From the sequence record SRR31156797_3857: a stretch of 42,778 nt of DNA. The stretch is one strand, 5' to 3'. The notes under the pieces were generated by a model, which saw only the letters and a program-made list of their open reading frames with translations, searched no databases and was not told where the DNA came from. Every line of letters starts with the position of its first letter. Positions within the stretch are counted from its first letter, which is position 1. Of this stretch, positions 21,113 to 30,102 are shown one piece after another. The translations under genes and the position numbers were made by a program.

Positions 21113-21391
21113 ATGAAATTTGAAGCAGTAGTACGTACTGAACTAGGTAAAGGTGCGAGCCGCCGCCTACGTCACGCTGGTAAATTCCCTGCTATCGTTT
21201 ACGGTGGTGAAGCAGCTCCAGTATCTATCGTTCTTAACCACGATGAAATCATCAACCAAATGGACAAGCCTGAGTTCTACGAAGGTCTAACTCTAGTAAT
21301 TGATGGTGCTGAAGTTAAGGTTAAGCCGCAAGACGTTCAACGTCACGCGTTCAAGCCAAAAGTTGAGCACATGGACTTCATCCGCATCTAA
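21113..21391 (+). CDS. rplY: 50S ribosomal protein L25 (short form)
   Basis: [20 protein letters not shown]...FPAIVYG...[15 protein letters not shown]. Confidence 0.98.
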   Translation: MKFEAVVRTELGKGASRRLRHAGKFPAIVYGGEAAPVSIVLNHDEIINQMDKPEFYEGLTLVIDGAEVKVKPQDVQRHAFKPKVEHMDFIRI

Positions 21392-21480
21392 TTCCCTACC
21401 AAGGAATTAGTTGGATACAATCCAACCTTTTGCATATATAAGATAAATCAGCATTACCAACTGATGAATCTAAAAAATTC

Positions 21481-21520
21481 GAAACCCCGATGCTACCAAC
21501 ATCGGGGTTTCACCGTTTTT
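21481..21520 (+). terminator. rplY terminator
   Basis: gaaaccccgatg-ctaccaa-catcggggtttc followed by accgttttt. Confidence 0.8.
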
Positions 21521-21767
21521 GAGCCCTCAACAACGCTCCCAATTCTCTCCAATTTACTAAGCTTAGTCACTCTACCTTCACCTTTCTCTCTCGACTATCT
21601 TAGACCCATTTTCACCACTCTCAAGTTACGGCTCCACTTCCTCTACTTTTTCTTTAACTTAAGAACATACGTCAAAGCCTTTCCAAGGCCCTCTCGCAAG
21701 CTTCCAAGCAATTCAGTCGCCAGTGTTATACTTCCGATTTAATCGCTTACTGATGAGGCTACAGAAA

Positions 21768-21905
21768 ATGAAAAAGAAGACTTTGACTGAGCGAGAGCTA
21801 CTCGAAGGATTAGATGCTCATACTGCTCATGCTGATGAATTGGCGGAGTTGGTTGATACAGAGATAGACTTTGACAAAGCAAGGGAAGATTGCAGCCACG
21901 AATAG
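21768..21905 (+). CDS. 45-aa acidic peptide resembling the C-terminal toxin-binding part of MazE/ChpS/PemI antitoxins
   Basis: MKKKTLTERELLEGLDAHTAHADELAE; extended -10 TGtTATACT at 21724-21732; SD GAGG. Confidence 0.5.
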   Translation: MKKKTLTERELLEGLDAHTAHADELAELVDTEIDFDKAREDCSHE

Positions 21906-21975
21906 ATGAATTTATCGCAGCTGCTTACCTCTAGTTGATCTGAGGGGCTAACTCATTTTTGGACAGAACCTTGTT

Positions 21976-22000
21976 AGAGCCAAAACCTAGTTTTGGCTCT
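21976..22000. terminator. Hairpin between the convergent peptide and SMC genes
   Basis: agagccaaaac-cta-gttttggctct. Confidence 0.55.
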
Positions 22001-22067
22001 TCAGATTAGCTTGTTTAACAAATATGTGCCTGTCCATCGTCACAGAGGAAGAGATAATCCGTTATTT

Positions 22068-24422
22068 CTATTGCGTATCGACAACTAAGCGCGCCTGTTC
22101 CATAAAGTTAATCCGACCCACTGGCATTCCGAACTTTTTGTACTTATAACGGAAGTAAGCAGACATGCGATCTTCATGCGTTGAGATAATAATCTGACGG
22201 TTTGCAAACTCAGTACGCAACAATTCAATGAAACCCGCAACATTAATTTCATCTAATGTCTGTACCGGGTCATCGATTAGCAATAAACTGTGTTTCGCAT
22301 ACCGTTGATTAAGCGCTAACGTAAAAGATAGAACTAAAGCGGAAAGTTGACCAGAACTCATGGAAAACACGACATCATGGTCTCGCCCTGGCGTTTCACG
22401 GAAAGCAATTGAATTCCCATTGTTCTCAATGAAGATCCCTAATCCTTGTTGATAACTTTGCATCAGTCGGCCTGAATAAATATGAAACAAGATTTCGATC
22501 TCTTTCACAATCGATTCTAGATAGCGTTTTTTTTCGTTTTCGTATATTTCCTTGAGCTTTTTCAAGTGCCCTCTAACCTTACTGGCATTTTTCACCTGTT
22601 GGTCAGCGTCCTTATACGCCTGCTCACAAGTCGTTGCATATATTGAAGACGCAAGAGACTGTTGCTGTCGCATGTAGTTAGTTTTCATCTCGATCTGCTT
22701 AAGCGTTACTTGCCTTACCGCCGACGAATCGTTGTTAAATACTACCCTATATAAGCGGTCAAAGTCGTTATAAAGACAGCTGTCGTCTACTGGTTTAAAC
22801 TTGGAATGTACTCGCTTATCCAGCTCAGACAATTGTAATTGAGCATTCTGATCAAAGCTCTCAACTAGCAGATCCTGAAATTCAATTCCAGCCACCTCCA
22901 ACTGCTGGCTGTAATTCTGCAACCAATGGAGTTGCTCTTGACTCAGCGCAACAAGCTTACGTTTGAAGGCAACCTTATCTTGCTGCTGTTGCAGATAAAT
23001 ACCCAGAGCTTGCTCAATTGGTAACAGGTATGTCTTCTTAAATTCAGCTAACTGCCCAGTCAATTGACTGTTTTGCTGTTCAGCCAATAGCTGTAGCGTT
23101 TCTCCCTGTTTCTTGATCCCATTAAGCAGTGATTCAACTGAGTCCCAGCTATGACCACATATAGGGCAAACTTCTGTAGGTTTTCCATGTAACTGGTGCT
23201 GTGTAAAGGCTTTCACCAACTGCTCACGCATCGACACTAGAACAGCTAAGCTCTCATCCAATTTGTCAATCGAGGTAATATGCTGTTTTAGTAGTTCGAC
23301 CTGACGACCGAACTCGCTCGGCGTAATATTCTCTGGGAGTAGATCAGTAAGGACATGAGGAAGAGTAAGCTGATCATGTTTTACAGCCTTCACAATATCC
23401 TTAAACGCATCAATTATCTGTATAGCGGCGTCATATCGCTGTAATTCTAGCTCCCACGTCTGTTGTTGAGGGATACGATGCACAAACATAAGCATCCGCT
23501 GTTGTAACTCTCTCTGCGGCAGGAGCCTTTTTTTAAGCTCCTGATTATAAATATGATTCTCATAATGGGCAAAATTCTTAACAAATCTCCCTATACGGAA
23601 CAACTCACCATCCGTTGATAGCCATTGCTCAAACTGTTGAACTTCACACTCTAAAACTTCCCGATCCCAAGGTTGATCGGTAACATTGATTAATCGTTTG
23701 TAATCAACAGGTCCACCATCCGGTAACAACTGCTGTTTGGCAGTTTCCCATTTGGCTTTTAGTGCTTTAACCTCCTGCTTTTTTTGCGTGCCACATAACT
23801 TACCGATTTTGCTAAATGACAGGTTGATATTATTGATTTTCTGCTGGATTTTCCCAATTTCAAACAGGTGAGCGATTTGTAGCTGGCGATCTTTTTCTTT
23901 CTGTTTCAGTAACCGAGTATTTTCTTCCTGCTCCACATAATGGAACAATTCAAAGTCTCGCTTATACTCCGCTCCTTGTAACTCAGAAAGATACCCTACC
24001 TCATCGGAAACCGGCAAATTGCGCTCAGCTTCCAGAGCCGTTAATTCATATAAAGGTAACTTTAATTCCTTCAGTCCCTTATGCTTATCTAGTTCAGTCT
24101 TACAAGCCGCCCGTTCAAGGAACTTGGTTTGTTCGTCTATTACCACCTCGGCACGTATGGATAACCAAGCTCCCGCTTTTGCTTTATTAAATAGCCATGG
24201 GCATCCTAGTTTCTGGCTGCGCCCATCCACCGTAAGTTCTTCTAGCTCGACGTAACGCCGAATTGTCCCAGTCAATAGCAACTCTAAAGCATCAAAAAGC
24301 GATGACTTGCCAAAGCCATTGGGACCATCGAGAACAATCAGGCGATCGTTATCAATGACTATTTCACGACGTTCAAACAGTTTGAAGTTCTGAATTACCA
24401 GACGTTTAACAGTCAAGTTCAT
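22068..24422 (-). CDS. lmuB: Rad50/SMC-like ABC ATPase; Lamassu LmuB-like sensor
   Basis: Walker A GPNGFGKS, Q-loop YVEQ, coiled coils with central CPICG zinc hook, signature MSSGQ, Walker B/D-loop LLIDDPVQTLD, H-loop STH; overlaps the upstream gene. Confidence 0.85.
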   Translation of the reverse strand: MNLTVKRLVIQNFKLFERREIVIDNDRLIVLDGPNGFGKSSLFDALELLLTGTIRRYVELEELTVDGRSQKLGCPWLFNKAKAGAWLSIRAEVVIDEQTKFLERAACKTELDKHKGLKELKLPLYELTALEAERNLPVSDEVGYLSELQGAEYKRDFELFHYVEQEENTRLLKQKEKDRQLQIAHLFEIGKIQQKINNINLSFSKIGKLCGTQKKQEVKALKAKWETAKQQLLPDGGPVDYKRLINVTDQPWDREVLECEVQQFEQWLSTDGELFRIGRFVKNFAHYENHIYNQELKKRLLPQRELQQRMLMFVHRIPQQQTWELELQRYDAAIQIIDAFKDIVKAVKHDQLTLPHVLTDLLPENITPSEFGRQVELLKQHITSIDKLDESLAVLVSMREQLVKAFTQHQLHGKPTEVCPICGHSWDSVESLLNGIKKQGETLQLLAEQQNSQLTGQLAEFKKTYLLPIEQALGIYLQQQQDKVAFKRKLVALSQEQLHWLQNYSQQLEVAGIEFQDLLVESFDQNAQLQLSELDKRVHSKFKPVDDSCLYNDFDRLYRVVFNNDSSAVRQVTLKQIEMKTNYMRQQQSLASSIYATTCEQAYKDADQQVKNASKVRGHLKKLKEIYENEKKRYLESIVKEIEILFHIYSGRLMQSYQQGLGIFIENNGNSIAFRETPGRDHDVVFSMSSGQLSALVLSFTLALNQRYAKHSLLLIDDPVQTLDEINVAGFIELLRTEFANRQIIISTHEDRMSAYFRYKYKKFGMPVGRINFMEQARLVVDTQ

Positions 24423-25110
24423 AGCCATCCTTGCCTAATTCTGAAGTCATAAGTGCCAGTAAATTTTCTGGGGTGATTTCCTCTAAGGGATTTTGGTCAG
24501 CTATATCCGAGAGAGCCAATTCAGTCGCCCTCAAAACCTCAGCATTGGGTGACTTCAAGACTTTTTCCTGAATATTCTGTTCAAGGTTGGTCAGATCCGC
24601 TTTACTTGAGCCTTGAATCGTAAGTGCTGATACCTTTATCGCCAACCTGTACAGCAAACTTTGCCAGCCTCCCTGATTGTACTGCGTTTTGTATGCGGTA
24701 AATGTCTGAGTATCAGTCAGAACATTGCGAAACACTGACTCCAGCCCATTCTGTTCAACTATCAGCTGTAAAGCTTCCAGTTCATCAGACGTATAAGGTA
24801 AAACATGCTTTTTAAAGAAGTAACTATCCTCTTCTGCGTGATGTACCATTTTGCTGGTTTTCTCATTCAAACTTTCGGTCTGCCATACAATCAACAAGTT
24901 AATATTTTTCTCAAGTGCAGGGTCGACCGTCGTTTTCTTGCAGTCGCTCAGCCAATTTGCCTGAAGCTCAGGAGAAAGCTCTGGTTCACCATGAACCACT
25001 AGCCAGTAACCCGTTTTATCCGGCTCGCTGTATTCATACAACTCCAATTCAGTCAAAGCTTTTCGCTCCATCCTCTGCAATTCGAACAACTTTTCAATCA
25101 ACTTCTGCAT
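24406..25110 (-). CDS. lmuC: ABC-three-component middle component (LmuC-like)
   Basis: LEKNINLLIVW...AEEDSYFFKKHVLPY pattern typical of ABC-3C middle components; overlaps both neighbours. Confidence 0.7.
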   Translation of the reverse strand: MQKLIEKLFELQRMERKALTELELYEYSEPDKTGYWLVVHGEPELSPELQANWLSDCKKTTVDPALEKNINLLIVWQTESLNEKTSKMVHHAEEDSYFFKKHVLPYTSDELEALQLIVEQNGLESVFRNVLTDTQTFTAYKTQYNQGGWQSLLYRLAIKVSALTIQGSSKADLTNLEQNIQEKVLKSPNAEVLRATELALSDIADQNPLEEITPENLLALMTSELGKDGYELDC

Positions 25111-26392
25111 CTTTTAAGCTCTCAGGTACATTATTCAAAGAAACCAGCCCCACCTGTTGAAAACTGCCGATACTAGTTCCTATAATCGTTTCTTCTTCCG
25201 TGGCATCCACACCAATTTTCACACAAGTGATGGATGGCCTATCTATAGCACTGGTAATCAACGCCCCACACTCAAATAAGCATTCAACATCTTCCTCAAG
25301 TGCCTGTTGCAAAATATCATGGCAGACCACGTCTTGGTGTTCTGCTGCGGTATGAATCCCTGTTGGATAATAGAATCGACCGTCAACTTGCCATGCGAAA
25401 TGCACCCTTTCACTATCTGGTTTCTGCGCTTTAACCAACTTATGGAAAATTGTAAACAGCCCCTGCCTCATAGAGTCACGGTCAAGCGTTTGGTCCTTAA
25501 ACTCACTTAGTGTGGTAAATCGCCCTCTTCGATGTGGCATCGTTGCGCGAAGGAAAGCCTTCATACCTTGACTATCCAAGTCAGTGATTGTTGCTATGCA
25601 GTCATCTAACTTGGCGTATGCTGCTTGTGGTATCGTATCGTGCTGCTCGCAGAATTCTTGATAGTAAGCTCCAATATCAATCTGCAAGCGGCTAAGGAAA
25701 TACTCTTCATTGTTAAATCGCTCATAATCGTCAGCTTCCAGAATTTCATAGATATCCGAAAACTCGATAAACTCATTAGCTGCAATTGCTGTCTGGTTCC
25801 GATTTGATTGGTGTATTTGGTGATGTACCATGACAACTTTAGTGTTCACTATCGCTTCGAGGATCTCTCGGATTGAAGTGCAAAGCATTGCTTTCCAAGG
25901 AAACAAACAATCTACAACTGATATCATTTCCCTGATCTGAGCTTCAATATACCTATCAACCTCATCGAGTGGACAATAAAGCCTGGAATGCTCCTCATTT
26001 GCACCTGGTTGTAGTGGGTAGGGATACAACTCTACAGGTTGGTATTCCTGTTCGAATGATTCTGGTAGATCCGTTATTTCACGAGCGACATGAAAATATG
26101 CCGTCTGGATACCCCGTTCTGTGGCATTTTCCTTTTGGCTATTAATGCCTGCGCGATAGCCAGAGAACAACGTAGCCTTGTAAGCTTTGACTTGGTGCAA
26201 TGATAAGCACTGGTTTGCTCGAAAAATCGCAAAATCATCCTGACTTTCCAACTGCAGTTTAAGATCGCGATTCGCCTCATAGTCATTAGTCATTAGCCGA
26301 AGACAATGATACAGAGCGAGCTTTCCCTGATATACAAACCCACTCCATGTTGAAATCGCTGTATGAGGGTCGCTCTGGAGGTTTTGAGTCAT
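25094..26392 (-). CDS. lmuA: Lamassu LmuA-like effector: N-terminal Cap4/DUF4297-type PD-(D/E)xK endonuclease plus C-terminal domain
   Basis: AISTWSGFVYQG...LESQDDFAI...LHQVKAY restriction-fold catalytic motifs; ATG 26392 with SD AGGA. Confidence 0.78.
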   Translation of the reverse strand: MTQNLQSDPHTAISTWSGFVYQGKLALYHCLRLMTNDYEANRDLKLQLESQDDFAIFRANQCLSLHQVKAYKATLFSGYRAGINSQKENATERGIQTAYFHVAREITDLPESFEQEYQPVELYPYPLQPGANEEHSRLYCPLDEVDRYIEAQIREMISVVDCLFPWKAMLCTSIREILEAIVNTKVVMVHHQIHQSNRNQTAIAANEFIEFSDIYEILEADDYERFNNEEYFLSRLQIDIGAYYQEFCEQHDTIPQAAYAKLDDCIATITDLDSQGMKAFLRATMPHRRGRFTTLSEFKDQTLDRDSMRQGLFTIFHKLVKAQKPDSERVHFAWQVDGRFYYPTGIHTAAEHQDVVCHDILQQALEEDVECLFECGALITSAIDRPSITCVKIGVDATEEETIIGTSIGSFQQVGLVSLNNVPESLKDAEVD

Positions 26393-26497
26393 ATAATTTC
26401 CTGTCACCTAAAATCAGGGTCACCCACAAAGTACTCACGAGGTTTCGTAACGCCTTCGGAAAATAACTAACGAGCAAGTATCTAATATAATTAATAA

Positions 26498-26506
26498 AGT
26501 ATACCA
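26498..26506 (-). promoter_or_regulatory. Extended -10 promoter candidate for the Lamassu operon
   Basis: TGgTATACT on the minus strand about 105 bp upstream of lmuA. Confidence 0.45.
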
Positions 26507-26836
26507 CCAATCATATAGAAATCGGACTTGTATTAGATCAAAGTGGCTGGCTAATTAATGATGAAAGGAGCAGGTTCCAAATTTGGGCATGGCCTGAGTA
26601 GCAGGCATTTTGCCATATGAAAGATAATCTATTTAAAGTTGAGCACTAACACGAAAAGGGGCAGAAATGTTTCAGCCAGTTCAGGCTGAAACGAAGATGG
26701 ACAGAAACGGGTTTCGAAAAATCAAACATTAGAAAATCATGAATAACACTGGTATGGCAGGCTGCCACATTTTCCGTACAGGACGACTGGATAAGATAGT
26801 TAAGTTTTCCTTACATTGGGACAGCATATGCCTTAA

Positions 26837-28177
26837 TTAACTCTGATACTTATCCAGCTTGTTGTAGAGCGTTTTTATACTTATTCCTAAGTCCTCTGCT
26901 GTTTCTTTTTTGTTGCCTTCATTTTCTTCAAGAGTGTTAATAATGGCGGCTTTTTCTATTTCTTCTAAAGTCACACCAGCTGGCACTCTATCCTCTAATG
27001 TTGTCCCTGTTTCTAAAGGAGGAGTATCAAAAATTAGGTGTTCATCTTTAATCGTATCGTCCGCCAAAATGAACGCTCGCTCGACACAGTGTTTTAATTC
27101 TCTAACATTGCCAGGCCATGTATGCGCTGCGATTTTTTCGAGGGCTGAGGCTGTAATAGCTTTTGGAGCCGCTTCATCCGCATTCCGGTGAGCGATGAAA
27201 TGTTCAGCAAGGCCGACAATATCGCTACCTCGTTCTCTGAGAGGCGGAATATTGATAGGGAAGTGAGCTAATCTAAAATAGAGGTCTTCTCGTAAAAATT
27301 GCTCTTCAATAGCCACTTGTGGATCACGGTTGGTGGCGGCGATGATACGAGTGTTGGCAATACAGAGTGTGTTACTGCCGACTGGGCGATACTCGCCAGT
27401 TTCAAGAACTCGCAGTAGTTTAACTTGATGTTCAAGAGGCATTTCGGTGACCTCATCAAGAAACAATATCCCGCCCTCAGCTTGCTTAAAAACACCTTGG
27501 TGCGTTCGGTTGGCGCCTGTAAATGCTCCTTTTTCATGACCAAATAGTTCACTGTCGACTAACTCTGGGCTGATGGCGCCGCAGTTAATGGCAATAAAAG
27601 GCTGCTCCTTTCTATCACCGGCAAGGTGGATAGTCTGCGCGACGAGCTCTTTACCAGCACCGCTTTCACCAATGATCAATACGTTGGCCTCAGTTTTCGC
27701 CACTCGTCTGAGGGTGCGATACAAGTTATGCATTAGCCTTGAGGAGCCGACTAACATACCAAACTGGTCTAAGTCGCTTGTGGATATTTCTTTCCCCTCG
27801 CCCTGCTTTTCTAGGAAGTATTGACTAAAGTCCGCTAGCGTATCGGCCAGAATTTGGATATCTACCGGCTTTCTATAATGAAAAATGGCGCCACTTTTCA
27901 TCATCATGTCTAAATTCTTGTTGGGTGCACCGGAGCCGATGATGACCAAATCCAATTCTTCCAACCCAGTGGCACTGGATAGTGCGACAAAATCATCATT
28001 GGTGAATTGAGATACTTCAACAATGGCGGCATTGGGTTGAAGTCGTTGTAGGCTATCTATCCAGTGTTCGTTGTCATTATTGCTAATCGTATCAAATCGT
28101 GACAACTCCTCCAGAGAGCTTATTTGAGACAATAATTTCTGATCTTTCAACTCTACGAACAGTGTTGGTAATCCCAT
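26837..28177 (-). CDS. sigma-54-dependent enhancer-binding protein (degenerate receiver, AAA+, Fis-HTH)
   Basis: GESGAGKE, ELFGHEKGAFTGA, LFLDE, REDLYFRL, WPGNVREL and LGISIKTLYNKL motifs. Confidence 0.95.
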   Translation of the reverse strand: MGLPTLFVELKDQKLLSQISSLEELSRFDTISNNDNEHWIDSLQRLQPNAAIVEVSQFTNDDFVALSSATGLEELDLVIIGSGAPNKNLDMMMKSGAIFHYRKPVDIQILADTLADFSQYFLEKQGEGKEISTSDLDQFGMLVGSSRLMHNLYRTLRRVAKTEANVLIIGESGAGKELVAQTIHLAGDRKEQPFIAINCGAISPELVDSELFGHEKGAFTGANRTHQGVFKQAEGGILFLDEVTEMPLEHQVKLLRVLETGEYRPVGSNTLCIANTRIIAATNRDPQVAIEEQFLREDLYFRLAHFPINIPPLRERGSDIVGLAEHFIAHRNADEAAPKAITASALEKIAAHTWPGNVRELKHCVERAFILADDTIKDEHLIFDTPPLETGTTLEDRVPAGVTLEEIEKAAIINTLEENEGNKKETAEDLGISIKTLYNKLDKYQS

Positions 28178-28380
28178 GATTTAACTCTCTTTCAACAGTA
28201 GTGAGGGGGATGATAGCACAACAATAGTGAGAGAGATGACAGCACGAGGTATAAGGAATGAGAATGTATGGCTTTTCTTCCCCGGTTTTTGTGAATAATA
28301 CTGAGTGAATATTTAAAACAATAGATAAAAATTGGGAAATATTATTATTGTGTATCACTAATTCGGACGAGATAAATATT

Positions 28381-28440
28381 TATATTTTTTACAAACACTC
28401 CTTGTAAATTATTCATCCTCCATCATTGAAAATATTAACA
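28381..28440. promoter_or_regulatory. Candidate upstream activator (enhancer) sites
   Basis: TGTAAAAAATATA (minus strand, 28381-28393), TGTAAATTATTCA (28403-28415) and TGAAAATATTAACA (28427-28440). Confidence 0.5.
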
Positions 28441-28471
28441 GTATTTTCTATTTTCAACATAAATACTTTTA

Positions 28472-28484
28472 ATTCAATGAGTTG
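28472..28484 (+). promoter_or_regulatory. Candidate IHF site
   Basis: attcaatgagttg, a near match to WATCAANNNNTTR, between the UAS and the -24/-12 promoter. Confidence 0.45.
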
Positions 28485-28490
28485 TATTTC

Positions 28491-28506
28491 TGGCATGTGG
28501 TTTGCT
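28491..28506 (+). promoter_or_regulatory. sigma-54 (-24/-12) promoter of the osmY-like operon
   Basis: TGGCATGTGGTTTGCT with GG-N10-GC spacing. Confidence 0.85.
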
Positions 28507-28539
28507 CTAGTGATAATGCAAGTACAAAAAAGGAGATAA

Positions 28540-29091
28540 ATGATGAAAAACATTACAAGTAAAATTCTACTAACAACGGTTATTGCTACTTCTTCGTTTG
28601 CAGCGGTTGCAGATAACATGTGGAAAGAAGATACGTTAGATGCTTGGATTGATGGTAAAGCAGAAACGACACTATTACTTAACTCCAATTTGAACTCTTT
28701 TGATATTAACACTTATGTTAAAGACCAGGTTGTTACTTTAACGGGCTCAGTTGAGAACCAGACAGAAAAAGCCCTTGCCGAAGAATTATTATTAAGTCTT
28801 GATGATGTTAAGTCGGTAAAAAATGAACTTACGGTCATCGATAATGAAAAAGATAAAAATAAAGAATCAGTACAAGCCTTAACGGATACTAAAATAACGG
28901 CCATTGTTAAGACTCGACTATTATTTAATACGGAAGTAAGTGGTACTGATATCGAAGTGGAAACTAAGGAAAACACAGTAGTATTAAAGGGTTCAGTGAC
29001 GTCAGATACGGAACATGACCTTGCTCTATCTATTGCTCGTAATACATCCGATGTTGATAAAGTCATTGATAAACTTGAAGTGATTCAATAA
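28540..29091 (+). CDS. Periplasmic dual-BON domain protein (OsmY-like)
   Basis: Signal peptide; two BON repeats (DAWIDGK...VTLTGSV...[17 protein letters not shown]...VVLKGSV...VDKVIDKL); SD AAGGAG. Confidence 0.92.
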   Translation: MMKNITSKILLTTVIATSSFAAVADNMWKEDTLDAWIDGKAETTLLLNSNLNSFDINTYVKDQVVTLTGSVENQTEKALAEELLLSLDDVKSVKNELTVIDNEKDKNKESVQALTDTKITAIVKTRLLFNTEVSGTDIEVETKENTVVLKGSVTSDTEHDLALSIARNTSDVDKVIDKLEVIQ

Positions 29092-29123
29092 TAAATTTAC
29101 CAACAGATATAAGAGAGATCATT

Positions 29124-29294
29124 ATGCTTCGCTGGGCTTTAATATTTTTTATTCTTGCCATCATAGCAGCTTTATTTGGATTTGGTGGTATAGCAGGCGC
29201 TGCGGCAACAGTAGCTAAAGTTATGTTTTATATATTTGCTATTTCGTTGCTTGTATCGGTGGTAATGAATTTAGTTAACAAAAATAAGAGTTAG
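29124..29294 (+). CDS. DUF1328 (YtjA-like) small membrane protein, 56 aa
   Basis: Below the ORF-track cutoff. Manual translation: [38 protein letters not shown]...; osmY-ytjA adjacency. Confidence 0.9.
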   Translation: MLRWALIFFILAIIAALFGFGGIAGAAATVAKVMFYIFAISLLVSVVMNLVNKNKS

Positions 29295-29302
29295 GAGTTT
29301 TT

Positions 29303-29500
29303 ATGAATATCAGTACAGTTATTGTCCGTTTTCTATTGGCAACAGGTTTTGCTTTTACGCTTGCCGCATGTAGTGACGAGGGCCCCTTAGAACAAGCTGG
29401 TGAAAGAGCTGATGAAGCGGTAGAGGAAGCTCAAAATCAAATAGAGGACAGCTGTGAGAACGTGAAAGAGCAACTTGATACGGAAGATCAGGACTGCTAA
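29303..29500 (+). CDS. Small acidic lipoprotein
   Basis: Lipobox LAAC, then SDEGPLEQAGERADEAVEEA; SD AGGAG. Confidence 0.8.
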   Translation: MNISTVIVRFLLATGFAFTLAACSDEGPLEQAGERADEAVEEAQNQIEDSCENVKEQLDTEDQDC

Positions 29501-29567
29501 CAAAAGGCATTAACTCACGAATTAAATCATCCGAACCTCATAAAAAGAATTGAAGCAGGAGCTAGAT

Positions 29568-29996
29568 ATGAAAAACATATTTGATGTGCTTAAAGATAGC
29601 CATGAGAAGCAACGTCTTTTGATGGATGCGATACTCCAAACATCAGGTGATACTCAGGCCAGGCAAGAATTCTACTCCAGTCTTAAAGAAGAATTAACTA
29701 AGCATGCGGTCGCGGAAGAACGCCACTTCTATGCACCTTTAATAGAGAGCGATCAATCCGTTGATATGACTAGGCACGGTATCGCTGAACACCACGGTAT
29801 TGATAAGGTGCTTACTCAGCTTGATGACACCGACATGTCTTCACCAGCTTGGCTCACACTGATGAAGACACTTAAACACAAAGTAGAGCATCATTTAGAA
29901 GAAGAAGAGCAGCGTTTCTTTCAAACAGCTGGACGAGTTTTAGACTCAGATCAGAAAGAAACTTTGGCTCGAAAATATGAGCAAGAGATGGCTTGA
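29568..29996 (+). CDS. Hemerythrin/HHE cation-binding domain protein
   Basis: H..HAVAEE...EHH...HHLEEEE motifs; start MKNIF with SD AGGAG. Confidence 0.9.
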   Translation: MKNIFDVLKDSHEKQRLLMDAILQTSGDTQARQEFYSSLKEELTKHAVAEERHFYAPLIESDQSVDMTRHGIAEHHGIDKVLTQLDDTDMSSPAWLTLMKTLKHKVEHHLEEEEQRFFQTAGRVLDSDQKETLARKYEQEMA

Positions 29997-30049
29997 TTCG
30001 AAGTGTGACCTAAGCTTGGTCGTGAAGCGTAGGTTTTGGTTTAACAACT

Positions 30050-30076
30050 TGGGCCCATTTACGGGCCCACTTTTTT
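30050..30076 (+). terminator. Terminator after the hemerythrin gene
   Basis: tgggccc-atttac-gggccca-ctttttt. Confidence 0.75.
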
Positions 30077-30102
30077 AATACACAGAGAATTAAGGCCTCA
30101 CT

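Noticed and set aside
21464-21742. 92-aa ORF after rplY
   Set aside because: Runs through the terminator and a low-complexity pyrimidine tract; no SD or recognisable motif.
21940-22030. Integron attC/VCR site
   Set aside because: Lacks a proper RYYYAAC...GTTRRRY frame and VCR-like sequence; no second copy and no intI.
22068-24422. Housekeeping SbcC/RecN or Wadjet JetC assignment
   Set aside because: No sbcD or jetABD neighbours; coupling to nuclease and middle-component genes fits Lamassu/ABC-3C.
21960-26706. 9-bp direct repeat TGGACAGAA (21960-21968, 26698-26706) flanking the Lamassu operon as a target duplication or att core
   Set aside because: A 9-mer match between two intergenic regions of this size is plausible by chance, and there is no recombinase gene.
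26751-26805. GMAGCHIFRT peptide resembling a tyrosine-recombinase H-x-x-R motif; TGGCA resembling a sigma-54 site
   Set aside because: Too short, with no extendable ORF; no GC at the -12 position.
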